Part shown: piece by piece, positions 18,528 through 64,000 of the stretch
How positions within the stretch are numbered: position 1 is the stretch's first letter
Layout of the letters: every line of letters begins with the position of its first letter
Assembly: GCA_002269645.1 (NCBI GenBank)
Contig: NIVC01000082.1
Span: 62,001 to 126,000, forward strand
Source of the DNA: Macrostomum lignano
Lineage: Eukaryota
Length of the DNA: 64,000 bases
Direction of reading: 5' to 3'
Program-made: the position numbers and the translations under genes
The notes under the pieces: model-generated
Database searches by the model: none
Told to the model about the DNA's origin: nothing
What the model saw: the letters and a program-made list of their open reading frames with translations, nothing else

Positions 18528-19525
18528 ATGATCCCACACTGATCCTCTCCCCTTGTGATCCCACACTGATCCTCTCCCCTTGTGATCCCACACTGATCCT
18601 CTCCCCTTGTGATCCCACACTGATCCTCTCCCCTTGTGATCCCACACTGATCCTCTCCCCTTGTGATCCCACACTGATCCTCTCCCCTTGTGATCCCACA
18701 CTGATCCTCTCCCCTTGTGATCCCACACTGATCCTCTCCCCTTGTGATCCCACACTGATCCTCTCCCCTTGTGATCCCACACTGGTCCCATCTCCCCTTG
18801 TGATCCCACACTGATCCCATCTCCTGTTATGATCCCACACTGATCCCATCTCCTGTTATGATCCCACACTGATCCCATCTCCTGTTATGATCCCACACTG
18901 ATCCCATCTTGTTGTGATCCCACACGGATCCAATCTTGTTGTGATCCCACACTGATCCCATCTCCTGTTATGATCCCACACTGATCCCATCTCCTGTTAT
19001 GATCCCACACTGATCCCATCTCCTGTTATGATCCCACACTGATCCCATCTCCTGTTGTGATCCCACACTGATCCCATCTCCTGTTGTGATCCCACACTGA
19101 TACAATCTTGTTGTGATCCCACACTGATACAATCTTGTTGTGATCCCACACTGATCCCATCTCCTGTTATGATCCCACACTGATCCCATCTCCTGTTGTG
19201 ATCCCACACTGATCCCATCTCCTGTTGTGATCCCACACTGATACAATCTTGTTGTGATCCCACACTGATCCCATCTCCTGTTGTGATCCCACACTGATCC
19301 CATCTTGTTATGATCCCACACTGATCCCATCTCCTGTTATGATCCCACACTGATCCCATCTCCTGTTATGATCCCACACTGATCCCATCTCCTGTTGTGA
19401 TCCCACACTGATCCCATCTCCTGTTGTGATCCCACACTGATCCCATCTCCTGTTATGATCCTACACTGATTCTATCTCCTGCTGTGATCCCACACTGGTC
19501 CCATCTCCCCTTGTGATCCCACACC
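18528..19525. repeat. 27-bp to 29-bp TGATCCCACACTGATCC minisatellite
   Basis: A homogeneous 27-bp block followed by 29-bp variants. Confidence 0.95.
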
Positions 19526-20549
19526 AATTCAATCTCAATTGATTTATAACCCTAAGATAACTTAGGATCATTCGGCAGCGAACGCTTAGCAGTAGCATGC
19601 GTAGCAAATCATAGCTTTTTTTGTTTTTAGTTCATTGCATTCATTTAAAAATGATTTAACGATATTTTTAGGGTTCAGGCCCCAGGTTAGGGTTCAGGTG
19701 CTCCTCCTTTCTGCCATTTCTTTGTGTTTTTATCTGGGCTGGCATCCCAGTGTTTTTATCCCTTTGTGTTTTACCCGGCCATTAGATTGCCATTCCTATC
19801 TTAGAGTTATGAGCTCTGCCCTACCTGCCCGGTCCATCTTGCCTGCCTTGGTCCATCTGCTGGCTCCTCTGGTTGTCTCCCTCCTCTCCCCGGTGTCTTG
19901 GCTCTCATCTCTGACAGTGGATTGGAGTCCTGGGTTGGTTGTTCGTCCCGAATCGGGGAAAACCGGCTGAGTCCGGTTTCCTCTTGCCCCTTGTGCCCCT
20001 CTCCGCCCCCTTGGCCTGGCCCCCAATATTGAGTTGGGTAGGTGATGCCCTTGTGGCTTGCAGCCCTATAGGAGGGTTTTTGTCTACTTTTACCTCTTGA
20101 TAGGAGACTCGCCCTCGGATACAAGCCTTCCAGACTCACTCCAATATTAATCCATTTCCGTAGACTTCAGGATATTCCCTGCTCTCGGACCGCTTTCAGT
20201 AGTAACCCAAACATTTTTCATTCCGATTCTTTTTTCGAGCACTCCCGGGATTTGTCTGCTGGGTGGTGGCCTGGGTGGACTCGGTCCTTGTACCGTCCCT
20301 GATTCCACTAATATTGGGTTGGCGGTGTCTTAGTCCATAAGGCTTGGGTTTGTAGCTCCACCTGGCCCAGACGTCAGGGTCCAACCTCGGGGTATCTCGG
20401 GCTTTATGCCCCTGGAAGTGCCCCTCAGCGGCAGAGCCCCTCCCAGGGCTGATCCGCGGGTAGCCCCGGCTTCCCACCCCCGTTTAACAACAAAAACAAC
20501 GACGATATTTTTCGTAAAACTGGCCTAGTAGCAGTCGTTTGTTTGCGCA

Positions 20550-28576
<8,027 letters not shown>

Positions 28577-28850
28577 GCTTGTGTACTTTTAGTTCGGTTT
28601 GACTCGGCAGTATCTCGCTTACTCCGTCGCTTTCCGGCTGTCTTCTCTCCTCAAGCAAATTTCCAAAACTGTAAATTCTACGTTTTTTTGCTTTTCAGTC
28701 CCGTGTCGAGGTTGAAGAAGACTGCTGCAGATTTTATAATTTATCTTCTTCTGTTGCTAAACGCGACACATTTACTATTGGACCTCTTGTTGCAGTCGTG
28801 CTCCCACCAATCACGGAGTTTTAGAGCCAAGTGTCTGGCGCGGAAATGCT

Positions 28851-30085
28851 GTATCACTCACTTTGGCGCCCTCTGTATCACTCACTTTTGGCGCCCTCCG
28901 TATCACTCACTTTGGCGCCCTCTGTATTACTCACTTTGGCGCCTGTATCACTCACTTTTGGCGCCCTCCGTATCACTCACTTTGGCGCCCTCTGTATTAC
29001 TCACTTTGGCGCCCTCTGTATCACTCACTTTTGGCGCCCTCCGTATCACTCACTTTGGCGCCCTCTGTATCACTCACTTTGGCGCCTGTATCACTCACTT
29101 TTGGCGCCCTCCGTATCACTCACTTTGGCGCCCTCTGTATTACTCACTTTGGCGCGGCCTCTGTATCACTCACTTTGGCGCCTGTATCACTCACTTTTGG
29201 CGCCCTCTGTATCACTCACTTTGGCGCCCTCTGTATCACTCACTTTTGGCGCCCTCTGTATCACTAAATTTGGCGCCCTCTGTATTACTCACTTTGGCGC
29301 CTGTATCACTCACTTTTGGCGCCCTCCGTATCACTCACTTTGGCGCCCTCTGTATCACTCACTTTGGCGCCCTCTGTATTACTCACTTTGGCGCCCTTTG
29401 TATTACTCACTTTGGCGCCTGTATCACTCACTTTGGCGCCCTCTGTATCACTCACTTTGGCGCCCTCTGTATCACTCACTTCGGCGCCTGTATCGCTCAC
29501 TTTTGGCGCCCTCTGTATCACTCACTTTGGCGCCCTCTGTATTACTCACTTTGGCGCGGCCTCTGTATCACTCACTTTGGCGCCTGTATCACTCACTTTG
29601 GTGCCCTCTGTATCACTCACTTTGGCGCCTGTATCACTCACTTTTGGCGCCCTCTGTATCACTCACTTTGGCGCCTGTATCACTCACTTTGGTGCCCTCT
29701 GTATCACTCACTTTGGCGCCCTCTGTATCACTCACTTTGGCGCCCTCTGTATCACTCACTTTGGCGCCTGTATCACTCACTTTTGGCGCCCTCTGTATCA
29801 CTCACTTTGGCGCCCTCTGTATCACTCACTTTGGCGCCCTCTGTATCACTCAATTTGGCGCCCTCTGTATTACTCACTTTGGCGCCTGTATTACTCACTT
29901 TTGGCGCCCTCCGTATCACTCACTTTGGCGCCCTCTGTATTACTCACTTTGGCGCCCTCTGTATCACTCACTTTGGCGCCCTCTGTATCACTCACTTTGG
30001 CGCCTGTATCACTCACTTTTGGCGCCCTCTGTATCACTCACTTTGGCGCCCTCTGTATCACTCACTTTGGCGCCTGCGTCACTCA
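28851..30085. repeat. 20-25-bp TCACTCACTTTGGCGCCCTCTGTA minisatellite
   Basis: Direct reading. Confidence 0.96.
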
Positions 30086-30979
30086 CTTGAACTTTGGAAA
30101 CTTTACAACCCAGTTCACCGAGTGCAACCCTTCGAGTCCATCTCTGTCCTACTTGTCGAATCGAATAGGGGATTTTCTTGGAATTTGAGGATGTCAGCTC
30201 TTAGCGGGACGAAACCCGAGGCTCTGAGAAAGGGCAAATTGCTTTTTTTCTTAATCCCCATTCCGATCCTCATTTCTTGAACTGTTCGGCTGTCACTTCT
30301 GTCTAATCAGTTAAGAGTTGATGGCCCGGGAATAACATTGGTCTGTCTGTCTGTCTGTTTGCGTTTTTATTGCACAAGACAGCCTTGATTGCATTCTCTT
30401 TCGTTGGACATTTTGCATCTGTCTCTCCACTGGAGCTCTCAGTCTAGCTCTTTAGTTTCTAGGCTTAGCTGTCGATGTTTCAATCCTCTGAATTAACCTG
30501 CTGATAATCTCCCATTTTCCTTTTACTCTTCCTGTTCTAACTTTCAGCCTACTCACACTACCTCTCAGCCTCCTCATTCTATTTCTCAGTCCACTCACTC
30601 TACCTCTCAGTCTCCTTACTCACCCTCTCAATCTCTCCACTCTACCTTCTAAGTTACCTCCACTCCATCTCTCAGTAATTTTTCATATTTTTTCCATTTT
30701 CGTGTATGCCAATAGGCAAAATTTTTCACAAGCATTGTGTATCAAAGCGCTTCTTCTTTGTCATGAGCGTCACAGGTATTTTCCTGTGTAGCTATGCTAA
30801 TCTGATGGCACTTACAAAAGGAATGCAGCGTGCACAAAATAGCCTTTCTGATCTTTATCTCTGAGGCTTAGGCTTTGGCCTCCTGTGGGGTTATGGCCCC
30901 AGGCATATATCATCATCCCTTTTCTCCTTTTTACGAGCTACCTTCCTCCTGTGTAATCTGTGTTTGCACTAAGTGACGC

Positions 30980-32213
<1,234 letters not shown>

Positions 32214-32901
32214 TTCCATTGTGAAGAAAAAATCTGAAATATTGCAACAAATTCATCAATGATTTGCGATGCCAGAGAAACTTTTAGAAGCACAGTTGCA
32301 GAACGAAATATTTTATTTGAGAATAATTTCTTATCAGATTAAAAATAGACTCATATTCGCTTCAATAAGAATATTTTAAAGGCTGAGTAGCAACGAGAGA
32401 AAAGTGTAATAAGAAAATATTAAATTTTCATATTCAGTAAAACAAAACACAGAGTTTTAGGCGCTTAAGTTTGTTTTTTAAGATTATGTATCAATAACAG
32501 CTTACAAAGATTTGCAGTTCAGAAAGAATATTCCAGAAAGGTAAAGCTGACATTTGCAAGGAAGGAATGTAATTTTTGTTTGATAAATTTTTGACCAAAA
32601 TTAGATGAATATGAGTGTAGGAAAAACACATTTAAAAAATTTCCAAGGTCCAATATCACCTGACCTTGACCTGACCTTAATTTGAAGTTTTTTTCAGTGG
32701 CTTTGTGGCGCTGCCAAAATCAAAGTCGACCCGAGTTTTCAAACAGTCTTGCCCCATTCCGCTATGTCCTCAAACATGTGCCTTGGGGTTGGCCCACATT
32801 GTATTTTGCCAAACAGGTGAAACCTGACCTCTAAGTGTTATTTAAAATGTTTTTGTTTTGGTTCAGTTGTGAATTGTTCAACAAAAACTTCACTTAAATA
32901 G

Positions 32902-57910
<25,009 letters not shown>

Positions 57911-58125
57911 CTAGCTGGACAATAATATGATTTATTGTCGAATATCTTCTCAACGCTAAGCTCTTTGGTATGTAAGTATGTGGATAGCAATGTCAATGAG
58001 ACGCTAGTCCAGAATTTGTGAGCGGAGAGGACCTGTGTAAAAGGTGTGCGCAACTTTAATCCCAATGGAAACTTTCCTCCCCACTCCTCCCCCCCGAATC
58101 CCCTTCCCAGGCTTTGTAATTCTCT

Positions 58126-58140
58126 GTTGCCAATGGCAAC
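58126..58140. promoter_or_regulatory. RFX X-box-like site upstream of the polycystin ATG
   Basis: GTTGCC-AAT-GGCAAC fits GTNRCC(N0-3)RGYAAC; ~215 bp upstream of ATG 57910. Confidence 0.5.
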
Positions 58141-58536
58141 CAAGCTGAAACAGAGGCCAAGCGTGTAGAAGCAAGCAAGATTGCTGCAAGGAGACGGAGA
58201 TGCCTACCGCCAATCAAGGAGCACTGCATGCACAGGTCTAGGATTTTGAGTATAGGCCTTCCAATTGCATTACCGCACTGACACTCAACTGAGGTTTCGA
58301 CATTGGCAAACTGTGTCAAAAAATTTCACACTAGAAAATTTACACTTAAAGCAATAGGAACAGAACAAACATTGCTTTCCTGCTCCTGTAGCAGCGTTTT
58401 GATAATTAGCTTGATTATTAAATTGTGATTTTTTAATAAACCGCAAGAAAACATATAGCTGCTACTCGCAAATTTACTATTTTGAAGTCCAAAAGGTGAA
58501 ATATTGGGAGTTTGAATAATGTTATTCTTAGTAATT

Positions 58537-58758
58537 GATGTGCAAGGCGCATCTGAAGGCTGCGTACGGCTGTTCAGTCCAAGGACTGGGGGGGGGGGGG
58601 GGGGGCTAATGCTGGTACCCATTTTACAGCTGGGTGAACTGAAGCAATGCAGAGTTAAGGGTCTCGCTCAAAGACACAAATTGTTCCGAGTGGGATCGAG
58701 AATCGAACCCCCGACCTTTCAGTCGCGAGTCTGACGCTCTGACCACTGGGCTGCAACC
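58537..58758 (-). mobile_element. CORE-like SINE, family B
   Basis: Matches 17421-17711 (CCCATTTTACAGCTGGGTGAACTGAAGCAATGCAGAGTTAAG...CTCTGACCACTGGGCT). Confidence 0.85.
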
Positions 58759-59454
58759 GTCTTGTTAAATTTTGCGTCTGATGCCGGGTCAATCCAGATT
58801 TTACAACCTTGGCACTCCATGCTTCATCGCCCCAGCACTGCGGGTCCCCCCGCCCACACATTCGCTAAGCCTCCCCAACCGCCTCCCCCCCCCTGAAACA
58901 GCTTGACAACCGGTCCAAAACAGCAGAAGGCAAACAAACGACAGGATGGGTGAGCGTGAGCCATGAGAGACCGTTTGCCAAAAAAATTTGCCGAGAAATA
59001 TTAGCCATCCAGGCGGTTCTGGTGCCTGCAGAAACTGCCGTTACTTACAGGGCCCTGTCGTCGGCCGTGTTGGGACAAGAGAGAGCATTTTTCTCCCTCC
59101 TTTCTTTATTCTGCTCCATAGCGAAGCTCCCTGGTAAACTGCAATTGCATTTTGGCCTTTGTTGAAGAGGCAAGAGGCAGGTAATATGAATATTTCATAT
59201 CTTTTCCAGAACCAGCTGGCCAGAACCAGCCGCGCAGGGTAGCGGGCGCTGGATTCCCTGTTTTCCCACATTAATTAGGGAAAAATTCTAACATAGCACA
59301 ATAGTTTGGCAAGAATTTTGGCTTGAAGGGAGGCGATTTCTTTCGCATTTTTAGTCCACGACTTTGCCATGGAACGCGAAATTTAATATTCTATTTGCCT
59401 TACAAAATGTCTAGTTGCAAGACTTGACCACGAAGGCGAACTTTTTACTGCAAT

Positions 59455-60215
59455 CTTCTGTGTGTGACAGTGTGACATTAATGAGGCACTCTTCTGTGTG
59501 TGACAGAGTGACACTAATGAGGCACTCTTCTGTGTGTGACAGTGTGACATTAATGAGGCACTCTTCTGTGTGTGACAGAGTGACACTAATGAGGCACTCT
59601 CCTGTGAGTGACAGTGTGACACTAATAAGGCACTCTCCTGTGAGTGACAGTGTGACACTAATGAGGCACTCTCCTGTGAGTGACAGTGTGACACTAATGA
59701 GGCACTCTCCTGTGTGTGACAGTGTGAGCCTAATGAGGCACTCTCCTGTAAGTGACAGTGTGACACTAATAAGGCACTCTCCTGTGTGTGAAAGAGTGAC
59801 ACTAATAAGGCACTCTCCTGTGCGTGAAAGAGTGACACTAATGAGGCAATCTCCTGTGTGTGACTGTGTGACACTAATTAGGCACTCTCCTGTGAGTGAC
59901 AGTGTGACACTAATGAGGCACTCTTCTGTAAGTGACAGTGTGACACTAATAAGGCACTCTCCTGTGTGTGAAAGAGTGACACTAATAAGGCACTCTCCTG
60001 TGCGTGAAAGAGTGACACTAATGAGGCAATCTCCTGTGTGTGACTGTGTGACACTAATTAGGCACTCTCCTGTGAGTGACAGTGTGACACTAATGAGGCA
60101 CTCTTCTATGTGTGACACAGTGACACTAATTAGGCACTCTTCCGTGTGTGACACTAATGAGGCACTTTTCTGTGTGTGACACTAATGAGGCACTTTTCCG
60201 TGTGTGACACTAATG
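59455..60215. repeat. 36-bp minisatellite with 180-bp higher-order duplication
   Basis: Unit TGTGTGACAGTGTGACACTAATGAGGCACTCTTCTG; lines 59761-59880 equal 59941-60060. Confidence 0.95.
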
Positions 60216-60319
60216 GGTGAATACTATCTACTGAATTATAAATGAGACACACATCCACATTCACGTGTACTTAATGTTTTAAATGAAGCTCTCTACTGTA
60301 TGCTAAAGAAACCACTTTA

Positions 60320-60515
60320 TTCTATGATAAAATGAGGCCCTCTACTGTACGATAAATGAGGCTCTCTACTGTACAATAAATGAGGCCCTCTACTGTACGA
60401 TAAATGAGGCACTCTATTGTACAATAAATGAGGCACTCTACTGTACGATAAATGAGGCACTCTATTGTACAATAAATGAGGCACTCTACTGTACGATAAA
60501 TGAGGCACTCTACGT
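60320..60515. repeat. 24-bp minisatellite
   Basis: Unit ATAAATGAGGCACTCTACTGTACG. Confidence 0.93.
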
Positions 60516-61311
60516 AATGATCCAATCTTAGCCAACTCTGCTTCAATCCGAAAAATGGAATACATTATTAAGAAAAGAAGACTATGCAACAATCTTTTTT
60601 GTCTGAAATACAAGCTCTCTGTTTCCGCAAGCTCAGCAATTTGCTGATGATGGTTAACAAACAGAGGAGAAGTAAAGCAATCTACGAGTAAATAAAGCAG
60701 CAGGCAGTTTGTTTGATCAAACTAAAAGCTGGGCAAACATAGAAGCTTGGATAAAATTATCGCCCCATGCAAACTCTGTAGGAATAAAACAAAAGTTAAG
60801 TTTCCGGAGCAAAAAATGTTTTTGTTCTTTAGCAACGGTAACTTGATACTAAACTTATTTAACCTGTGAAAAACGACATCGAACTACTGTTAGTAGCGAC
60901 TGGTGTGAGTGACTCAATTAATTTTTTTGTTTTATTGTTTTAAATACTTTGTAACAGCTGACTGGGCTGACATAGTCACAAAATAGATTATTGAAACCGA
61001 TGAGTCAAACTTTGCAATTTTTCTATATTTTTTAGAAACGCTTATATAGGCAGGCTCTAACTTGCTGGTTGAGTATAATATAATTTCTAGATATCGCAGA
61101 TAAATTTTGCTTATTCCAAACTCAAAGAAGCAGAACTCACACGATAAGCATAAAGACGGGTCTATTGTCAGAGCTGACCCTTCTCCTGATGCCTCATCTT
61201 TCAGGCTTTGCTCATTGATTTGCTCATAAACCTACCATGGTTGAAGGCAACTCTACGAGCAGTAAGAGGCCGAATTCCTTGGCATGGTCGAGGCTATAAA
61301 TTAATTAGCCA

Positions 61312-62152
61312 ACGATTCTGGCATTACTGACACCCGATTCTAACATTACTGACACCCGATTCTGGCATTACTGACACCCGATTCTAACATTACTGACACC
61401 CGATTCTGGCATTACTGACACCCAATTGTGGCATAACTGACACCAGATTCTGGCATTACTGACACCCGATTCTAACATTACTGACACCCGATTCTGGCAT
61501 TACTGACACCCAATTGTGGCATAACTGACACCAGATTCTGGCATTACTGACACCCGATTCTAACATTACTGACACCCGATTCTGGCATTACTGACACCCG
61601 ATTCTAACATTACTGACACCCGATTCTGGCATTCCTGACACCCGATTCTGGCATTCCTGACACCCGATTCTGGCATTCCTGACACCCGATTCTGGCATTC
61701 CTGACACCCGATTCTGGCATTCCTGACACCCAATTTTGGCATTCCTGACACCCGATTTTGGCATTACTGACACCCAATTGTGGCATAACTGACACCCGAT
61801 TCTGGCATTCCTGACACCCGATTCTGGCATTCCTGACACCCGATTCTGGCATTCCTGACACCCGATTCTGGCATTCCTGACACCCGATTCTGGCATTCCT
61901 GACACCCGATTCTGGCATTCCTGACACCCGATTCTGGCATTCCTGACACCCGATTCTGGCATTCCTGACACCCGATTCTGGCATTCCTGACACCCGATTC
62001 TGGCATTACTGACACCCAATTCTGGCATTACTGACACCCAATTCTGGCATTCCTGACACCCGATTCTGGCATTCCTGACACCCGATTCTGGCATTACTGA
62101 CACCTGATTCTGGCATTCCTGACACCCGATTCTGGCATTACTGACACCCAAT
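61312..62152. repeat. 22-bp minisatellite
   Basis: Unit GACACCCGATTCTGGCATTCCT. Confidence 0.96.
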
Positions 62153-62482
62153 TAAATTCAGTTCGACAAATTCGAAAACAGAGTTCTATTTTGTCATTAA
62201 TTTCCCATCGGCGAGACGGCAGAGAACAAAGAACAAAAAATTGGGAATTTAGTTTTTAAATGCCATTCAATCAAATTTCCGTTTTCGCCACTCATCGATG
62301 CTGAAATTTTGTTTACTCATCAGAGCACGCAACTTTCTTCCTTGGCTGAGAACCTTCGCCTATCCTCCCAGAATTGTTTCAGTCACGCTTGGGAAAAAAA
62401 ATCAAGGAAAAACACCCTTTGTCTAAGAGTCTATAAAAGAGGACACAATCAATTTTCGCAAGCCTTCTTTGATTTGAAATTC

Positions 62483-63713
62483 ATGATTATGCCACCAAAA
62501 TGCTTTACAGTGCTTTGTCTTCTATTTGCTTCGCTGCTGATAGCTGTCACAGCCTCGTTGTCATGCCAACCGAACAGCTTCACCGTGCCGGATGTACAGG
62601 ATTCGTCACTGAAGTACTGCGTCTATGCCTACAACTTCACTGCTGACTTCTGCCAGGCTGTGCGCGCCTGCCACAGCAACGGACAGGTGAGGAACTGATG
62701 AAGAGGAAGTGGGCTGGACACTGTAAGTGGTTGGTGTGTTTGAGACAATAGATGAGGCTGTTGCATGCAGGTATTATTATGCGTAACTATTCATGATCAC
62801 CAGGAGCTAATCAGCAGGCAAGTCTTCGAATCGATGCGCGCTCGGATCAGCGACTTCCTGGTGGATCCGGGCTGGTGGGTCGGACTCACCGACTCTGGCG
62901 ATGAACGGGACACCAGGAAGGACGGCTGGGTGTGGATTCTTGACGGTCAAGTGACCGGCCCGACAGACAGCGGATTTAACAGCGTTGAGCCGAATAATTA
63001 CGGAGGAGATCAGGTGTGTGTGCGCTTATAATTGCACGAGCTGGTACCCATTTTACAGCTGGGTGAGCTGAAGCAATGCAGAGTTGAGTGTCTTGCTCAA
63101 GGACACAAATCGTTCCTAGTGGGACCTTTCAGTCTCGATTCCGACGTTCCAACCATTAGACTACAGACCCCCCAATATACTATAAAATCTAGTTATATTC
63201 GTATTTACTCATCGCTAACAAACAAATAATTTATTAAATCGTTGTCAGGACTGTGTCGTCTCCATGAGCCACAGTCCGTCGTCAGATGCAGGCATTGAGC
63301 TACGCGACGCCACCTGTACCGAACTCAACAGCATCTATTGCTACTCGAATTCGGAGCACAACTCTGCTCCCGCGGACCAGCTTTACCAGCTCCCCAATTC
63401 ACCCGTCGCAATGTCCACTGGTCGGTTTATTCAGTCCAACGGCAATTCGACTGCCTTCTACAAAGACCTATCTGACGCTACGCGTCCTGTAGCCGCCTGC
63501 TGGCAAGAGGCCGCCTCGGTGGCCGGCACTACGGTCAGAAATCGGCTGATGTGCTCGCACAGGTGCCAGAAAATCTTTCCCACCTGTTTGGGCTTCTATT
63601 GGCAACCGACTAAGCGAGAGTGCGTGATTATCAAAGGCAACGACTCGATCGTGCTGCTGCCTCATCGCAGCATTGCCGAGCTAATGGACTGGCAGAAATA
63701 TCTATACTTCTGA
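62483..63713 (+). CDS. Secreted C-type lectin + PAN/Apple-like protein, 3 exons, 292 aa
   Basis: Exons 62483-62686, 62804-63013, 63249-63713 (all phase 0). Signal peptide; CTLD motifs FCQAVRAC, WWVGLTD, WVW, EPNNYGGDQDCV, LRDATC; C-terminal CSHRC...CLGFYW....CVII. Confidence 0.85.
63039..63124 (-). mobile_element. SINE family B fragment (CORE block) in lectin intron 2
   Basis: CCCATTTTACAGCTGGGTGAGCTGAAGCAATGCAGAGTTGAGTGTCTTGCTCAAGG. Confidence 0.8.
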
Positions 63714-64000
63714 ATACGATACGATCTAGTTTAGAGTCGAGCGACTGGTGTGAATTTTAAGCTTTATAGATGAATTAAGAATGGAATAATTGTTCTAAGG
63801 ACATTGTTAATGCAACAACTCAAAATATAAAGGACAATCGAAATGTACCAACACCTATATAGCAAAACTGCAGTCCAACACCGACTGTATAAAAATCAAA
63901 ACAGAGTTTTTTTGTCATTTTTTCTGTTTCTTTTCTGTCCAGAGTAATAAAAATCAAAGAAGAAGCGTTCAGTAAGTGAAATTACGTCAGAAGGGCACTT

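Noticed and set aside
58056-58319. ORF with hydrophobic LLAAILLASTRLA as polycystin exon 1
   Set aside because: It has no good phase-1 donor. Exon 57910-57850 gives a cleaner signal peptide, an upstream stop and the correct phase.

Overview
This is eukaryotic (animal) genomic DNA with spliceosomal GT-AG introns, GC-rich coding exons and introns packed with micro- and minisatellites. The style is consistent with a free-living flatworm such as Macrostomum (inference only). I reconstructed five protein-coding genes by hand from splice sites and reading-frame phase. (1) A + strand ankyrin-repeat/TRPM-type cation channel, 5 exons, 1176 aa, 2800-9310. (2) A - strand single-exon mucin-like type I membrane protein, 15654-16352. 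(3) A - strand SARA/endofin C-terminal-domain (DUF3480) protein with no visible FYVE domain, 6 exons, 463 aa, 20550-28576. (4) A - strand ~3860-aa polycystin-1-like gene, about 29 exons, 32902-57910, with an apparent 1-nt frameshift near 38600. (5) A + strand secreted C-type lectin/PAN protein, 3 exons, 292 aa, 62483-63713. Mobile DNA comprises a Tc1/IS630-type remnant, two hAT-type non-autonomous elements with 8-bp TSDs, a MITE-like element and two tRNA-derived SINE families. The best leads are a hAT element whose TSD plus TIR rebuild the polycystin intron-1 splice donor with GT...AG ends (introner-like), the ankyrin-TRPM chimera, RFX X-boxes at the polycystin gene, and the FYVE-less SARA paralogue. 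Most long ORFs in the ORF track are translations of satellite DNA.
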